Virus record (IMG/VR): IMGVR_UViG_3300042486_001809 | Location: 1 to 28,628 of that record | Length of the DNA stretch: 28,628 nt | Source of the DNA: a virus | Taxonomy: Duplodnaviria > Caudoviricetes | Direction: 5' to 3' (one strand) | Part shown: piece by piece, positions 1-8,466 of the stretch | Layout: each line of letters begins with the position of its first letter | Numbering within the stretch: position 1 is the first letter of the stretch | Program-made: the position numbers and the translations under genes | The notes under the pieces: generated by a model | Databases searched by the model: none | What the model was told of the DNA's origin: nothing | The model's input: the letters and a program-made list of their open reading frames with translations, nothing else

Positions 1-32
1 ATTATAAAGTAATGGGTTGCTCTAGATTTCAT
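1..32 (-). CDS. 5' end of a gene running off the left edge (MKSRATHYFI...)
   Basis: The ATG at 32-30 overlaps the TAA of the upstream gene (TAATG coupling) and the frame is open to the window edge. Confidence 0.5.
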   Translation of the reverse strand, partial: MKSRATHYFI

Positions 33-307
33 TATTTTGCTCCAAGTTTTTTCAATTCAGCATCAATATCAGATTGACGTTGAACGTCTAACATTTTGCG
101 GTCAGTCGCTTGAATCATGCGTTTTTCAGCTTTAAGACCTTCAATCTCAAGATCCTTTTTTGTTGCTAGAGAGTCTAGAGAAATTAATTGCTTTTTAACT
201 TTAGTAACTTCACGATCTACTCCGCAAGATTTCATATAGGTTAAAACTAATAAAAAGATTACTAATTTTAAGCCGTGTTTTTGTAAAAATTGTTCGAATT
301 TGTTCAT
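32..307 (-). CDS. Small membrane-anchored or lipoprotein-like coiled-coil protein (possibly spanin-like)
   Basis: N-terminal hydrophobic stretch LVIFLLVLTY, then KSC and a charged helical tail. Preceded by the AATAAATA motif. Confidence 0.6.
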   Translation of the reverse strand: MNKFEQFLQKHGLKLVIFLLVLTYMKSCGVDREVTKVKKQLISLDSLATKKDLEIEGLKAEKRMIQATDRKMLDVQRQSDIDAELKKLGAK

Positions 308-333
308 AATTTAAGATTATTTGATACTGTTAT

Positions 334-831
334 TTATTTGGAATTTAGACTATTCCAAATATGGAACCACTCAATGTGTCCAATTGCAGGAATTAAGAAA
401 TATACTGTCAATAAAGTTACTGCCATTGGATAAAACAATACATATAGAATTCTTTCTAAATTAACTTGTTTAAAATCAAAATCCATCCATACTAAATAAC
501 CATATACTTCTTGTGTTTTAATTCGGCGAAAGCCAGTTTTAAGAAAATCAATTATTCCTAATCTTGTCATTGGATCATTATATTCAGCAAGAGATTCTTT
601 AACTTGCATTATCTCAAATCCCTTTAGATCGTCAGTATTTAGCAATACTTCGGGCTGAAGATTTTTAACATAATATAATCTGCCAAGTCGAGTTCTTCGT
701 AAGTTAATTTTCCCCAACTCACCGTTTTTCTCAAGTTCAGAGATTATCGATAAGTATTTTCTAAATATGAATAACTCTTTGATTAAGTCAATCAGTTTAG
801 TAATAAAAACTATTGGATTAAAATATTTCAT
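334..831 (-). CDS. Hypothetical membrane protein
   Basis: 165-aa ORF coupled to the sigma gene (TAATG). C-terminal hydrophobic segment ILYVLFYPMAVTLLTVYFLIPAI. Confidence 0.7.
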   Translation of the reverse strand: MKYFNPIVFITKLIDLIKELFIFRKYLSIISELEKNGELGKINLRRTRLGRLYYVKNLQPEVLLNTDDLKGFEIMQVKESLAEYNDPMTRLGIIDFLKTGFRRIKTQEVYGYLVWMDFDFKQVNLERILYVLFYPMAVTLLTVYFLIPAIGHIEWFHIWNSLNSK

Positions 832-1475
832 TAGAAAAGGTCCTTTATTTTTTCAACCAGCTCTGGATTACTTTCCAAAACTGAATCTTTTAATATTTTA
901 CGTGCTTTTCTGATTTTAGTTTTAACTGTATTGAGATTCATATCGTATTTGTCTGCAATATCAGCGCCTTTCATCTTGTTTAACTCTTTATCTATAAGTA
1001 TAGATTTTTCCAACGATTCTGGCATTTCTTCAATTGCTAGGATAGTTGCCGTATATAGAGTTTCAAGAGAAGTTTCCTTTTCATAATTATCTCGACTATC
1101 ATCGACTAGAAATAGAGAATTTCCAATTTTATCAATATCAGTTGTCATTTGCTGTTTAAGTTTGTGCAAATGTAGAAGAGATTCATTTCTTGCAATCGTA
1201 TAAATCCAAGTTGTAAATCGATATTTTGGATTGTAGCTATCTACAGATTTAAAGATTTTAAAGAACGTATTATGAAGAACTTCTTCAGTTTCATCTTTAT
1301 CATTGAAGAATTTCCAAATAAAGTATTTAAGTTTTGGTTCCATGATACGAACGAGTCTATTTCTATCTCTTTCAGTAAACCTTTTTTCAACAATAGCTTC
1401 TGCTAATTGCTGCATTTCGTCATTAAGCCGACGGTTTAAGTCTTCGTAACCTGTTACCTTTTTGATTCCTGCCAT
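831..1475 (-). CDS. ECF-type (RpoE-like) sigma-70 family RNA polymerase sigma factor
   Basis: Region 2 EEVLHNTFFKIF...YNPKYRFTTWIYTIARN and region 4 HTH GADIADKYDMNLNTVKTKIRKAR. Confidence 0.9.
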   Translation of the reverse strand: MAGIKKVTGYEDLNRRLNDEMQQLAEAIVEKRFTERDRNRLVRIMEPKLKYFIWKFFNDKDETEEVLHNTFFKIFKSVDSYNPKYRFTTWIYTIARNESLLHLHKLKQQMTTDIDKIGNSLFLVDDSRDNYEKETSLETLYTATILAIEEMPESLEKSILIDKELNKMKGADIADKYDMNLNTVKTKIRKARKILKDSVLESNPELVEKIKDLF

Positions 1476-1515
1476 AAAAAATATTTTCTAGATGTAGTTA
1501 TTGTACTTGTCTAAT

Positions 1516-2217
1516 TTACCAATTAACTTTGTTATTTGCCTTCCATGTGTCATATCTTTCTGTAATTTCAATTAATATTTTATTACGGACGATATCTGAA
1601 TCGCCAAAAGTATGAATTCCCATTCCTCTGATCCCATCCATCATTTCTATAAATTTAGGAAGTGCCACTTTGTCTCTTGATATGTCATATTGACTTACGT
1701 CTCCGCAAATTAAGACCTTTGAGTTTTTACCCATACGAGTAATAAAGAGCATTAGCTGACGAAAATCTGCATTTTGTGCCTCGTCCAATACCATTAGACA
1801 ATTATCAAATGTTGCTCCACGCATATATGCAAGTGGTCTAAATTCAATAAGACCGTCTCCTTCTAATTTAATTAAGTTGTCCCAACCAATAATTTTTTCA
1901 AGATTGGTTCTATAACTTTCCATAAATGGATCGATCTTTTCTTTAATATCTCCAGGTAAAAATCCAAGTTTTTCACCAGATTCTTGAATTGGCTTAGATA
2001 AGATTATTCGTTGAATTTTATCTTCAGTATACAATTTCATTGAAGCATAACATGCAACAAAAGTTTTACTTGTTCCAGCTGGTCCATGACATAAAGTTAT
2101 ATCGTTATTCATAATTTTATCACAATATTCTTTTTGTGATGGTTTTAATGAAACCTGTTTTAATAAATCCGGAACAGACTGTACCGATTGACCACGTTTT
2201 CTAGCTGATTTTTGCAT
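1516..2217 (-). CDS. phoH: PhoH-family ATPase
   Basis: Motifs GPAGTSKT, LGFLPGDIKEK, YMRGATF, DEAQN, GDVSQYD. Confidence 0.97.
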   Translation of the reverse strand: MQKSARKRGQSVQSVPDLLKQVSLKPSQKEYCDKIMNNDITLCHGPAGTSKTFVACYASMKLYTEDKIQRIILSKPIQESGEKLGFLPGDIKEKIDPFMESYRTNLEKIIGWDNLIKLEGDGLIEFRPLAYMRGATFDNCLMVLDEAQNADFRQLMLFITRMGKNSKVLICGDVSQYDISRDKVALPKFIEMMDGIRGMGIHTFGDSDIVRNKILIEITERYDTWKANNKVNW

Positions 2218-2220
2218 GTA

Positions 2221-2484
2221 TTAGTTTAATTTTTTAATTTCTTCGATCAGTGACATACAAGTATGACACATTTCGTAATCTTCAATTTTTTCAAAGTGCT
2301 TTTTTGCTTTTTCGATTGCTTCAACCCATCCGTCTTTTAAAACAAACGCATCAAGCTCAGCTTCAGCAACTTTAACTTTTGGTAATTCCGCAATATCAAT
2401 ATCGTTTTTAATTGCATGTTGAATTGCGGCAATAGTTCGCCTAAAAATGGCATCTCTATCTTTGGTTAAATCAAAATTAATCAT
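2221..2484 (-). CDS. Hypothetical protein with UVR-like C-terminal helix motif (likely start MINFDL at 2484)
   Basis: AKKHFEKIEDYEMCHTCMSLIEEI resembles the UvrB/C (UVR) EDYExA pattern. The internal ATG avoids overlap with terminase. Confidence 0.65.
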   Translation of the reverse strand: MINFDLTKDRDAIFRRTIAAIQHAIKNDIDIAELPKVKVAEAELDAFVLKDGWVEAIEKAKKHFEKIEDYEMCHTCMSLIEEIKKLN

Positions 2485-2491
2485 TAATATA

Positions 2492-4450
2492 CTACTTTTT
2501 TTGATCTCCATAAAATCCAGATAAAACTCCTTTGTATGAATCTAAGTAATTTTCATCAAAGATCTGCCGCTGTCCTGGTCTTTTTAGTTGTGGAGTGTCA
2601 TTTAAATAACCTACTAAATCTGAGGTAATTTTTGTTGAGCCCTCGCCCTGTACAGAGTTTAGTATTTTCTCATTTACATCCTTTTTATATTGTTCGCTAG
2701 TATTATCCCAAACCTCTGTTCCAAGTTCTAAGAAACTTGGAGATTCAAAGAAGGCTGCCGTGTTGACGCAAGTCATAGCCAAGTCATCATTTCCGCTTTG
2801 GCTTCTATATGTACCATTAGTAGATCGACCAAATGATCCTAATTCCATTACAGTTTTACTTTCATTTGGCAATATTTTATTTACGTTAACGTGGTATTTA
2901 AAACGTTCACAAAATTTAATTTTATTGGTAACACTTAATTTAAGGCCAGGTTTAAGTAATTTGGTGGCTTCAGTGTGCTTAGAATGAATTAACTGACCTG
3001 GCCAATATTGTTCATTATTACTTAATTTGTCCAGGATAAAATCTCCCTTATGGTTTAATTCGACTAAGACTTTAAGATTTTCAAAATTGAATAACCTATA
3101 TACTAAGTACTCTAATACTTGAGCGTATTCATTAATTGTTTGTTTATTACTTCTCCAGGTTCCAACCTGAACTAGTGAAAGACAATCTAATTCATTTTTA
3201 ACTAGATTCTTAATTGGTTCAAGTGCTTTAATTGGAAGCGGCGCTACTTTAAATATATTAATAACTGAAAAATCCTTTCCAGTACCATCTGCAGTATCGA
3301 CTGAAAATACGTATTGATCTGGCGAATTTCTAAAATCTTGTTCGTCCCAATCCTTTAGATTAGGGTGGACTGTAAAATTACCTTCCATTAAGGCAAGTAC
3401 TTCTGGATCCCAATTAATTTTAAGAGGCTCTTCGTATTTAGTTGCAATACTAAAGATTTTCTTAAGATCCTTTGAAGAAAGTAGTAATCGATCTGATGAA
3501 AAGAATTGTAGTCCATATTCCTGATTGAAATCCTCTTCAGATCCCATATTGGCAATAGTTTCAGCTTTCCATTTGTCATCTCTTCCTGGTACTTGCCACC
3601 AGTCAACTCTAAGCGGTGAATATGTATTTAGTCCATTTAGTGCATCCATATAGATTTCATAGAATCGGTTCATTCCATTTGGTGTTGATGTAATAATAAT
3701 TTTGGAAGTAGTTGATGCAGAAATTGTAGGATAGATTGCTCGATAAAAGAAATCTAAATATGCTGGAGAAATGTGGGCAAACTCATCAATGTATAGTAAG
3801 TGAATAGTAAAACCGATACCTGTATTTTTAGTTGTAGTACGCCCAATCAATCGACATCCATTATCAAACTTCATCGACATTACGTTATTGGAAATACATC
3901 CAGGTTTTAAGAAAAATGGTAGATTTTCAAAAATAGATTTAATTTTATCTACAACCTCTTTGGTAGTAGATGCAATATTGGCAACTGCTAGTACATTTTT
4001 ATCTGTATGGAAAATAAGATACCAGGCAACAAAAACTCCAGACATTACAGTTTTACCAATTTGGCGACTTGCCATTAAGATATTAAAACGGTTTGCACCA
4101 AATGCTCGAATAATTTCCTCTTGGTAATCACGTAAGATAATTTGTTCAACACCGTATTCAGTTAAAACCTGAGCATACTTATTTGCAAAATATCCAACAT
4201 CAGATTTACACTTTTTAATTTCTTCAAGTTCCTCTGGCGTATATTCAAATACAAGATTTGGTTTTTTCCAAGCAGGATCGTTATCTTTAAATGGAGAGTT
4301 TTTGATAGTTTTAATATCAATTAATCCATTTTCAAAATCTGCTAGAAGCTGATCAATCTTTTTAGTAGTCCAAACTGCGCTATTTTCAGTATCATCCATT
4401 TTGGATATCTGTACGCTGGTCCTACCTCCTTTTGATAGAAAGTCTTTCAT
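2492..4450 (-). CDS. terL: Terminase large subunit (T4 gp17-like)
   Basis: LRDYQ, Walker A SRQIGKT, Walker B YIDEFAH, STPNG, nuclease motifs VDTADGTGKDFS and DDLAM. Confidence 0.97.
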   Translation of the reverse strand: MKDFLSKGGRTSVQISKMDDTENSAVWTTKKIDQLLADFENGLIDIKTIKNSPFKDNDPAWKKPNLVFEYTPEELEEIKKCKSDVGYFANKYAQVLTEYGVEQIILRDYQEEIIRAFGANRFNILMASRQIGKTVMSGVFVAWYLIFHTDKNVLAVANIASTTKEVVDKIKSIFENLPFFLKPGCISNNVMSMKFDNGCRLIGRTTTKNTGIGFTIHLLYIDEFAHISPAYLDFFYRAIYPTISASTTSKIIITSTPNGMNRFYEIYMDALNGLNTYSPLRVDWWQVPGRDDKWKAETIANMGSEEDFNQEYGLQFFSSDRLLLSSKDLKKIFSIATKYEEPLKINWDPEVLALMEGNFTVHPNLKDWDEQDFRNSPDQYVFSVDTADGTGKDFSVINIFKVAPLPIKALEPIKNLVKNELDCLSLVQVGTWRSNKQTINEYAQVLEYLVYRLFNFENLKVLVELNHKGDFILDKLSNNEQYWPGQLIHSKHTEATKLLKPGLKLSVTNKIKFCERFKYHVNVNKILPNESKTVMELGSFGRSTNGTYRSQSGNDDLAMTCVNTAAFFESPSFLELGTEVWDNTSEQYKKDVNEKILNSVQGEGSTKITSDLVGYLNDTPQLKRPGQRQIFDENYLDSYKGVLSGFYGDQKK

Positions 4451-4452
4451 AA

Positions 4453-5178
4453 TTAGATAATTTCAAAAATGGTTGAGTTTAGATCTTCATCGTCTTCATC
4501 ACGTTGAATTAAATGCTCTAATCCGCGCTCAGTCATTAGTGAATTTTTTTCATTTGGATTAGTTAACCTATTATTGAAATCTTGATCAAGCTTTTCTCCT
4601 TCAATTTCTTTCATGATATTCTTGGTTCCGGCTGTGACATAATATTCACCGGATTGAAGTGCATTTACGGAAGAGGCAGGGAGGCCAGCTTGGTCTCCCC
4701 TTGAATCAACTTCACTACGCATTTTCTTATACGTATCCTCCAGAAAAAGCATATAATTAGCTTGGGTTTTAGTAACAGTAGTAAGACGATCCTGCAATTG
4801 CGACATTACTTCAAACAAACGCGGATGGGCTGCACCCTGGTTTATCTCTTCCATAATTCTTTCAATTGCCATCTTAATAGTTTTATGCTGAAAGAACATG
4901 GTCTCGATATTCATATTATCGAGTTCTTTCTTTTGTTTTAGGTAATCATGCTGTGTAATTAAACCTAAATCTACATAAAACTTAAATAGGGAATCTGTGA
5001 TCTCAAGAGCTTTCTTCTTGAAACCTGAACTCATTTCATCAAAATCAATAGGTGGATTTTGTTCAAGTTCATTAAAACGATCATCGACTATATCATTTTC
5101 TGAAGTATCTCCAGAATAGGTACTTAAAAAACTCTCGAGTTCGTTTTTTATTTGTGTTTTCTTCTCTTTGCTGATCAC
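4453..5178 (-). CDS. terS: Probable terminase small subunit (T4 gp16-like)
   Basis: Helical protein with HPRLFEV (cf. the HPRxYEV motif of T4-like small terminases), immediately upstream of terL. GTG start. Confidence 0.7.
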   Translation of the reverse strand: MISKEKKTQIKNELESFLSTYSGDTSENDIVDDRFNELEQNPPIDFDEMSSGFKKKALEITDSLFKFYVDLGLITQHDYLKQKKELDNMNIETMFFQHKTIKMAIERIMEEINQGAAHPRLFEVMSQLQDRLTTVTKTQANYMLFLEDTYKKMRSEVDSRGDQAGLPASSVNALQSGEYYVTAGTKNIMKEIEGEKLDQDFNNRLTNPNEKNSLMTERGLEHLIQRDEDDEDLNSTIFEII

Positions 5179-5184
5179 TGGACC

Positions 5185-5430
5185 TTAGTTTATTTTAGTC
5201 TCGTTCTTATCCAGAGCTGGGTTAGCAAATATTTTAATTTTTTTGACCGCTTCAATATTGTTAAAAACCATTGCATCCAATTTTAATAGGAATTTATCCA
5301 TAAAGGAAGATATTCCAAGTAAATATGGTGAAACTGTTTTTTCTATAATTTTATCTCTATATTTGAATCCAATGTACAGACGTTGTTCTTTACGTTCAAT
5401 GGCTTTTCTAAAAATTGAATCTCTGTGCAT
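5185..5430 (-). CDS. Hypothetical basic protein
   Basis: 81-aa ORF filling the gap between the wedge gene and terS on the operon strand. Confidence 0.65.
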   Translation of the reverse strand: MHRDSIFRKAIERKEQRLYIGFKYRDKIIEKTVSPYLLGISSFMDKFLLKLDAMVFNNIEAVKKIKIFANPALDKNETKIN

Positions 5431-5435
5431 AGTAA

Positions 5436-7100
5436 TTAAATTTTTGTTTGTGATCTGAAGTTTATGTTAATTGCACATAATTTATCATCAGAAATTCCTG
5501 CTTCATAAGTATTTCCAGCTCTATCTTTAAAACCTCCTCTAATAATTGCAAATTCGTGTGGCTCAATTATAATATCATTAAATTGGTCTAATCCATTCAA
5601 TGGTGGATTTAGTGCCTTTGGGTTATCCATTGCAGATTTTTCATTTGCAGAACCAACTATTTGAATACTAACTGAGTCAACTCCATCAATACCTTCTACT
5701 AATTTAATTAAATCACTTTTTGGAATACGATCTTTACGAGTGTTATTAATAAAATACGATCCTATTTGATCAATGACTTGACCCTTTATTGAATCTGTGT
5801 CGAAATCTACAAATGTAACTAAACTAATATTTAGTACATATTTTCTAGGAGTAGGGTCCAATAGTCTAACTGTAGTTGAAACTAGTTCCGTTCCAGATTT
5901 CTTAATATATTTTAAAAGTTCATTTTTTTGAAAATCCGTTAACTTAAACTTATCTTCAATCAAATTAAAATAATCAACTCCTCTGGCAAAAATTTTAGTA
6001 ATATCAGGCACAAGGAAAATATTAATTACCCGGTTATCCAATTCATCTAGTGTAACTCTAACTGAAGAAAACATTTGCATTTTTTTCATTAATACTTCAT
6101 AATTATCAATATTAACTAAGGCAAAATTCTTACTGGCTTTTGGCGCAATCAATCTAGTTAAAGCAATTGATTCTGGGTCAGTTCCAAAGTTTGGCGCATT
6201 TATACAAGTCACAGTAACCATATCAGATAAAGTTACCTCTTCTCCTAATATGTTAAGAGCAGTATCAGTAAAGTTAAACACTAATTCAGATAAAGCATCA
6301 GTATTAATATTTCCAACGCTACCTTCCGTCATAAGATATTCAACAATAATTTCTGAACCATTGTCTGGAATTTTACCAAATGAACCATTTCCAAAATATA
6401 TGTCTAACCCATTAGTAACACCAGTTCTACAAATATAACCAGTTGCATTTCTTGGTAAATCTAACATAGATTCGTATTTTGTCCATTTATCACCATTGAC
6501 ATAGACATTTACTAAAAAATTATCAATTAGGAAATTATTAGGAAACCCTACCTGAAGACTTTGAAATTGAGCGCCCGATGAACCAAATACTTGTTGTTGA
6601 AGTCTACCTTGTCTAATTGTAAAGTTTAGACCAGTTGTGCCTTTCATATCTAATCTAGATTCGTCGCCGGCCATTTCTAATACATAATTCAATCCATTAC
6701 TTTCACAGTTTAAATTCATGTATTTGGTAAAAATTAACTTATTGCCTGGTACCTTAGTAAAATCAACTTTAGGTCCTGGTTTAACATTAATTGTTCCAAC
6801 TGCTGAAATCGCTCGACTTGGATTATGTCCAGCAAGTGAAGCAAGCGAATAGATTGACGAAGGTCGGTTTGCCTCATAGATATTAAGCTCAGTAATAGAG
6901 TCTTCAATATAAAAAAGGATAAGTTCAGTTAAGTTATGTAAAACTACTAATAACTGACCAAATGGTGAAGCTAGGGTAAAAATATCCCCCTTAGTCTTAA
7001 ATTTTTGCTGTAAAAATTGAGTTGACTCTCTATAAAGATCTCCAGCATTTACGCTGAGTCCTTTAAAAAGTTTGTATGTTGGTGAAAGTGTTTCAGCCAT
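5436..7100 (-). CDS. Baseplate wedge subunit (T4 gp6-like)
   Basis: SSIYSLASLAGHNP, IYFGNGSFGKIP, IIVEYL, DPESIA...AP, LVNIDNY and IDGVDSV are typical of gp6/baseplate J-like proteins. Confidence 0.88.
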   Translation of the reverse strand: MAETLSPTYKLFKGLSVNAGDLYRESTQFLQQKFKTKGDIFTLASPFGQLLVVLHNLTELILFYIEDSITELNIYEANRPSSIYSLASLAGHNPSRAISAVGTINVKPGPKVDFTKVPGNKLIFTKYMNLNCESNGLNYVLEMAGDESRLDMKGTTGLNFTIRQGRLQQQVFGSSGAQFQSLQVGFPNNFLIDNFLVNVYVNGDKWTKYESMLDLPRNATGYICRTGVTNGLDIYFGNGSFGKIPDNGSEIIVEYLMTEGSVGNINTDALSELVFNFTDTALNILGEEVTLSDMVTVTCINAPNFGTDPESIALTRLIAPKASKNFALVNIDNYEVLMKKMQMFSSVRVTLDELDNRVINIFLVPDITKIFARGVDYFNLIEDKFKLTDFQKNELLKYIKKSGTELVSTTVRLLDPTPRKYVLNISLVTFVDFDTDSIKGQVIDQIGSYFINNTRKDRIPKSDLIKLVEGIDGVDSVSIQIVGSANEKSAMDNPKALNPPLNGLDQFNDIIIEPHEFAIIRGGFKDRAGNTYEAGISDDKLCAININFRSQTKI

Positions 7101-7120
7101 CTTGGCGAATTCTTTTTTGT

Positions 7121-7128
7121 TATTTATT
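7121..7128 (-). promoter_or_regulatory. Late-promoter-like AATAAATA upstream of baseplate wedge/terminase operon
   Basis: Recurrent motif, 20 nt upstream of the ATG. Confidence 0.6.
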
Positions 7129-7186
7129 AGGGATAATTCAACTTTGGAAAAGTTTTTCCTTCGCTCAAGACCAAATAGATAATTTG

Positions 7187-7203
7187 TATAGTATTATACT
7201 ATA
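7187..7203. repeat. Perfect inverted repeat TATAGTAT-T-ATACTATA in the divergent intergenic region
   Basis: Read directly; lies 6 nt upstream of the tmRNA 5' end. Confidence 0.7.
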
Positions 7204-7209
7204 AAATAT

Positions 7210-7676
7210 GGGGCTGTTTTGGCGTTTGACAAGCGGTCGTAGTTCTTTGAATGCAGGCGGAGTTAGTATTGGAAACTCCTTAATAACCTATACGAATAAT
7301 AACTGACAATAAGTCAACTTGGACTTTCGAAGACGCAATGTCTTTCGTAGGTGCAGATTTAGCAGTAGCTGCCTAATCTCTCCCGTATCACTCATGGGAC
7401 TTTAAGAAGAAGTGAAAGCCAAATCCAGGTGGCTCCCTTAATAGTCAAGGCTGACCTTGAGCATCTGATCGTAGTCGATCTATACAGGGGGCGAAAGAGT
7501 TGGAGTAACAGGTCGGAGCTCTACTAAATAATTTCGAGACCAGGTTGTTTTTCTGATGGGTTTCCCACATACATCAAATCAGATATTTTGTCCAATTTAG
7601 AAAAAATGGACTAAGCCTGTGAATGAATTCATTGAAGTAGCCGGATTGGACACGGGTTCGACTCCCGTCAGCTCCA
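7210..7676 (+). ncRNA. ssrA: tmRNA (transfer-messenger RNA)
   Basis: Acceptor stem GGGGCTG (7210-7216)/CAGCTCC (7669-7675) with the G3-U70 wobble and discriminator A. T-arm ACGGG-TTCGACT-CCCGT, D-loop ending TTTGAC, and an internal tag ORF ending LAVAA-stop. Confidence 0.95.
7305..7376 (+). other. tmRNA tag reading frame: (A)DNKSTWTFEDAMSFVGADLAVAA*
   Basis: Resume codon GAC inferred after the ATAACT context. 23 codons to TAA, with a C-terminal AA degron. Confidence 0.8.
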
Positions 7677-7696
7677 CTACTGTATTTTTCTAGGTG

Positions 7697-7704
7697 AATA
7701 AATA
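7697..7704 (+). promoter_or_regulatory. Late-promoter-like AATAAATA upstream of gp15-like gene
   Basis: Recurrent motif; its orientation follows the plus-strand gene. Confidence 0.6.
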
Positions 7705-7710
7705 ACCTAT

Positions 7711-8466
7711 ATGAAGAATACAAACACACAGGATATATTCCTTCGTAACCTTACAATTTCGCTATTAGATCTTCTAAATAGACAATTGGAGGTTGAGCTT
7801 TGGCGAGACGATCGTCTAGAAACACATACTATTCCATTCTACTTTAATCAAGGAACGGATGAGGGATTTATGCAAGATTTTTTTGTAGGAATTCCATCTA
7901 GTTGTAAAATTTCTCAAATGGCAGAGGGTAATTACGATCCTATTCCAAGAGGAATTATTACCTTAAGCTCATTTAATGTAAAATCTTCAGATCTTGTAAA
8001 CAAATATGTTAGAGGAACTTTTCAACGAGATGAGTTTGATGAAAATGATGCAAAGAAAAGTAAAGCCTATTCAGCTAGACTCTATTCGCTTCCGCTTAAA
8101 GTAAATTTTGATGCAAAAATTATTGTTGATAATCTTAATAAAACATTTAAAGCAACCGAAAAACTATTTGATCTCTTCTATAGTAATCGTGTAATGTATT
8201 TTCAATATAGAGGAATCCGAATTCCTGCGCTATTTGTTTTTCCAGATCAGGCGACAAATGATAAAGCCTATAAATTTTCCTATACTGACAATAATAAAAT
8301 TACAATAACTTTTCAAATTGAAATTGAAACCTACTTTCCAAGCTTTGATAAAACTACGGAAATGTTTAGAGGAAATGTTATTGATCAAATTTTAATAAAA
8401 ACTATTGATCAAGATTCTGGCCAGCTTGACGGTAAAGCTTGGATTGATAACAATAACCCACTATAA
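7711..8466 (+). CDS. Tail completion/sheath stabilizer protein (T4 gp15-like)
   Basis: IPFYF...PRGIITL...LPLKVNFDAKI...ITFQIEIETYFP pattern, AATAAATA upstream, structural gene context. Confidence 0.65.
   Translation: MKNTNTQDIFLRNLTISLLDLLNRQLEVELWRDDRLETHTIPFYFNQGTDEGFMQDFFVGIPSSCKISQMAEGNYDPIPRGIITLSSFNVKSSDLVNKYVRGTFQRDEFDENDAKKSKAYSARLYSLPLKVNFDAKIIVDNLNKTFKATEKLFDLFYSNRVMYFQYRGIRIPALFVFPDQATNDKAYKFSYTDNNKITITFQIEIETYFPSFDKTTEMFRGNVIDQILIKTIDQDSGQLDGKAWIDNNNPL

Noticed and set aside
32-831. Confident spanin/holin lysis cassette
   Set aside because: The lipobox (MKSC) is atypical and no endolysin is visible in the window; left as a possibility only.
7101-7710. CRISPR array or plain tRNA-Ala in the ORF-free gap
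   Set aside because: There is no repeat-spacer periodicity. The acceptor halves are about 460 nt apart with a tag ORF, which fits tmRNA.
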